64,000 bases of DNA, taken from NCBI RefSeq assembly GCF_009914755.1, contig NC_060933.1. One strand, 5' to 3'. The DNA is from the human T2T-CHM13v2.0 reference genome, Homo sapiens. The number at the start of each line of letters is the position of its first letter. Position 1 is the first letter of the stretch. Under the pieces are notes generated by a model. The model did no database searches, was not told the DNA's origin, and worked only from the letters and a program-made list of their open reading frames with translations. This document shows positions 62,076 through 64,000 of this stretch, piece after piece. The position numbers and the translations under genes are program-made.

Positions 62076-63419
62076 AAGGGGTCTGTTTCATACTGTGCTC
62101 ATTATCCTCAGAGAAGCCTACCCAGGAAATAGGAGCGTTAACCTGTGTGCTGTGTGAAAGTGACAAGAGGCAGCCCAGGCCTTCTGGAGATGGTTGGCGG
62201 CCTTTGCCAGACACTCGCCCTTCTGGTCTTGGTCCCTCAGGAGATGTTTAGAGGTCACTCACTGGACCCAGGAGGGTTCTGGAAATAGAACTGATGCCAG
62301 AGGAAGAGAACAGCATTGGGCTGTTGGCCTCTGATGCTTCTCTCAGTTTCCAAATATTGAAACCCCACCCTGGGCTCTTTGGATGTGCTCCTGAGAGCTA
62401 CATGGACCCCTGCTGAGACTGAGACCATCACACCCAGAGACCACCTCACACCAAAGCAGTCCATGGGAGGCTGCTCTCATGGGGTGTGAAGTTTTCACTG
62501 CCTTCGCATGAAAGGTCCATCTCCTCAAATGGCCCTGTGGCTTTAAGACCCCCTCAAAAGACCCACTGCATCCACCCTCTGCCCTGGAGCAAGCTATTTC
62601 CGCCCCTCTAGGAGTGGAGGTCCTCTGCAGAGCAGCCTCTGGCTCCTGCCCTGGGCTTCGTCTTCTGAACAGTGTGCCTACGGGGGCCTGGCATCGTATG
62701 ACGTAACAGCACTGTGACATCAGACCTCTCCAGCATGTCCGTCCCAGCCTGGAGCAGAGCAAGCTCACTGAAATCACCAACGCCCTTCCTCTTTGCTCCC
62801 GTGATCAGGCTCCAAAGTGGCTATTTCCGAAACTTCAGCCCGAGCATACTTATTTTGTCTTGATCAAATTGAGTTTGTGGGCCGCCTCTTAGGATAAGGC
62901 AATTTAGGCCCTGATTGGGGGTGCTGTTGCCCAAGCCTTGGAGACCAGACAGACATCTGGGGCACAGAAGTAGTGGCAGTTGTTTTAGGGAAAGTGGATC
63001 TGAGTTCTCATATCGACTCCATCACCTATCAGCTGTGAGATCCTGAATGGGCCACAGTAAACTCTCTGTGCCCCCGGTTCGCTGTCAGCCACATGAGGAT
63101 GACGGCAACTCCTGCACAGGTATGGTGAGGATTGCAGGAGTTGACAGAGGACGACGACCCTGCATGTTCCCTGGCAGGCAGCAAGCACGGAATCGATGCC
63201 AGCTGAAACTGGATTTGAGTGGATGCATGAGCCTTCTCTCAGGGCCTTCAACTACCTGACACAGAAGTTCTGTGTTCCCTGCATAGATTGGTCTTGTTCA
63301 AGCTGCATATTTAGCAGCAAATGAGTCAGGTGGAAAGTTTCCTTTGCGAGCAATGCCAAGCCCTGAGCCCCTAAACTCCTTTGTTAGCAACTGAAACTGA
63401 ATCACTCAACTCTTCTCAA

Positions 63420-63850
63420 TATCTTTTCTTTTGCATTTTAGCTAACACTGATGACCATTTGCTAGGCTCTGCTCTTTTTTTTTTTTTTTCACTTTTACTT
63501 ACATAAAGTGTCTCATGTAATTCTTAAATAACCCTTGTGAAGTTAGGACTTCAATGAGTGTGTGTTACGGATTCAAATCCTGCCTGTACCACTTTTGAGC
63601 TCTTTGAACAAGGGTAAGTTTCTTACCTCCCTGTGCCTCAGTTTCCTCACTGGTAAAATACCTACAATGATAGTACCTGCCTCTTGGGTTATTGTGTCAT
63701 TAAATAATACATGCAAATGCTAAGAAAGGGGCTTGGTAGACAGGAAGCATTCCATACGTGTTAGTTATAACAGCAAGAAGCTCAGAGAAGTTAATTGTCT
63801 GAACCCATTCCTGATAGACCTGTGCTGCCTGACTCAAGACCCTTCCGCAG
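63420..63850. mobile_element. MIR (+, ~63555-63775) flanked by an opposite-strand MIR
   Basis: ttcaaatcctgcc...cctgtgcctcagtttcctca core; flanking aaccttgtgaagttagg and gctcagagaagttaa. Confidence 0.7.
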
Positions 63851-64000
63851 TGTTGAACCAACTTCATTTGCAAATTCTCCTCTCACCACGAAGTGACCCC
63901 ACCTCATGGAGTGGCCTGACTGGGAGACAGCGTCATCTGATTCTCCATCATCCGGCTGCACAACCTCGTGGGTGGCCTTGGCATGGAGCAGTTGTTACCC

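Overview
This is primate (hominoid-like, most likely human) non-coding genomic DNA, and I cannot name the locus. I find no credible protein-coding exon: every long ORF in the track is explained by Alu, L1 ORF2 remnants, low-complexity tracts or a stop-free minisatellite. The window is dominated by interspersed repeats: 32 Alu/FLAM copies (many with readable target-site duplications, TSDs), several L1 3' fragments, L2/MIR, MaLR and ERVL solo LTRs (MLT1, MST, MLT2, LTR16-like), an ERV9 LTR12 solo LTR, and DNA transposons (MER5, Tigger3, a hAT-Charlie transposase remnant). Other signals are a CpG-island-like segment (~28.65-29.28 kb), a 3'-truncated U6 snRNA retrocopy and two motif-rich repeat-free segments that look like developmental enhancers (~57.5-57.9 kb, ~61.1-61.5 kb). 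The most unusual part is 43-52 kb: a TG-rich tract, LTR12, a non-tandem ~260-bp direct duplication of unique DNA, a 1.14-kb almost pure purine GGA tract fused to half an AluY, and a 40-bp VNTR whose consensus has no stop codon in any of the six frames. I cannot support a new multi-gene biological system; the findings are structural and regulatory hypotheses. Repeat subfamily names come from recalled consensus motifs and need RepeatMasker/Dfam confirmation.
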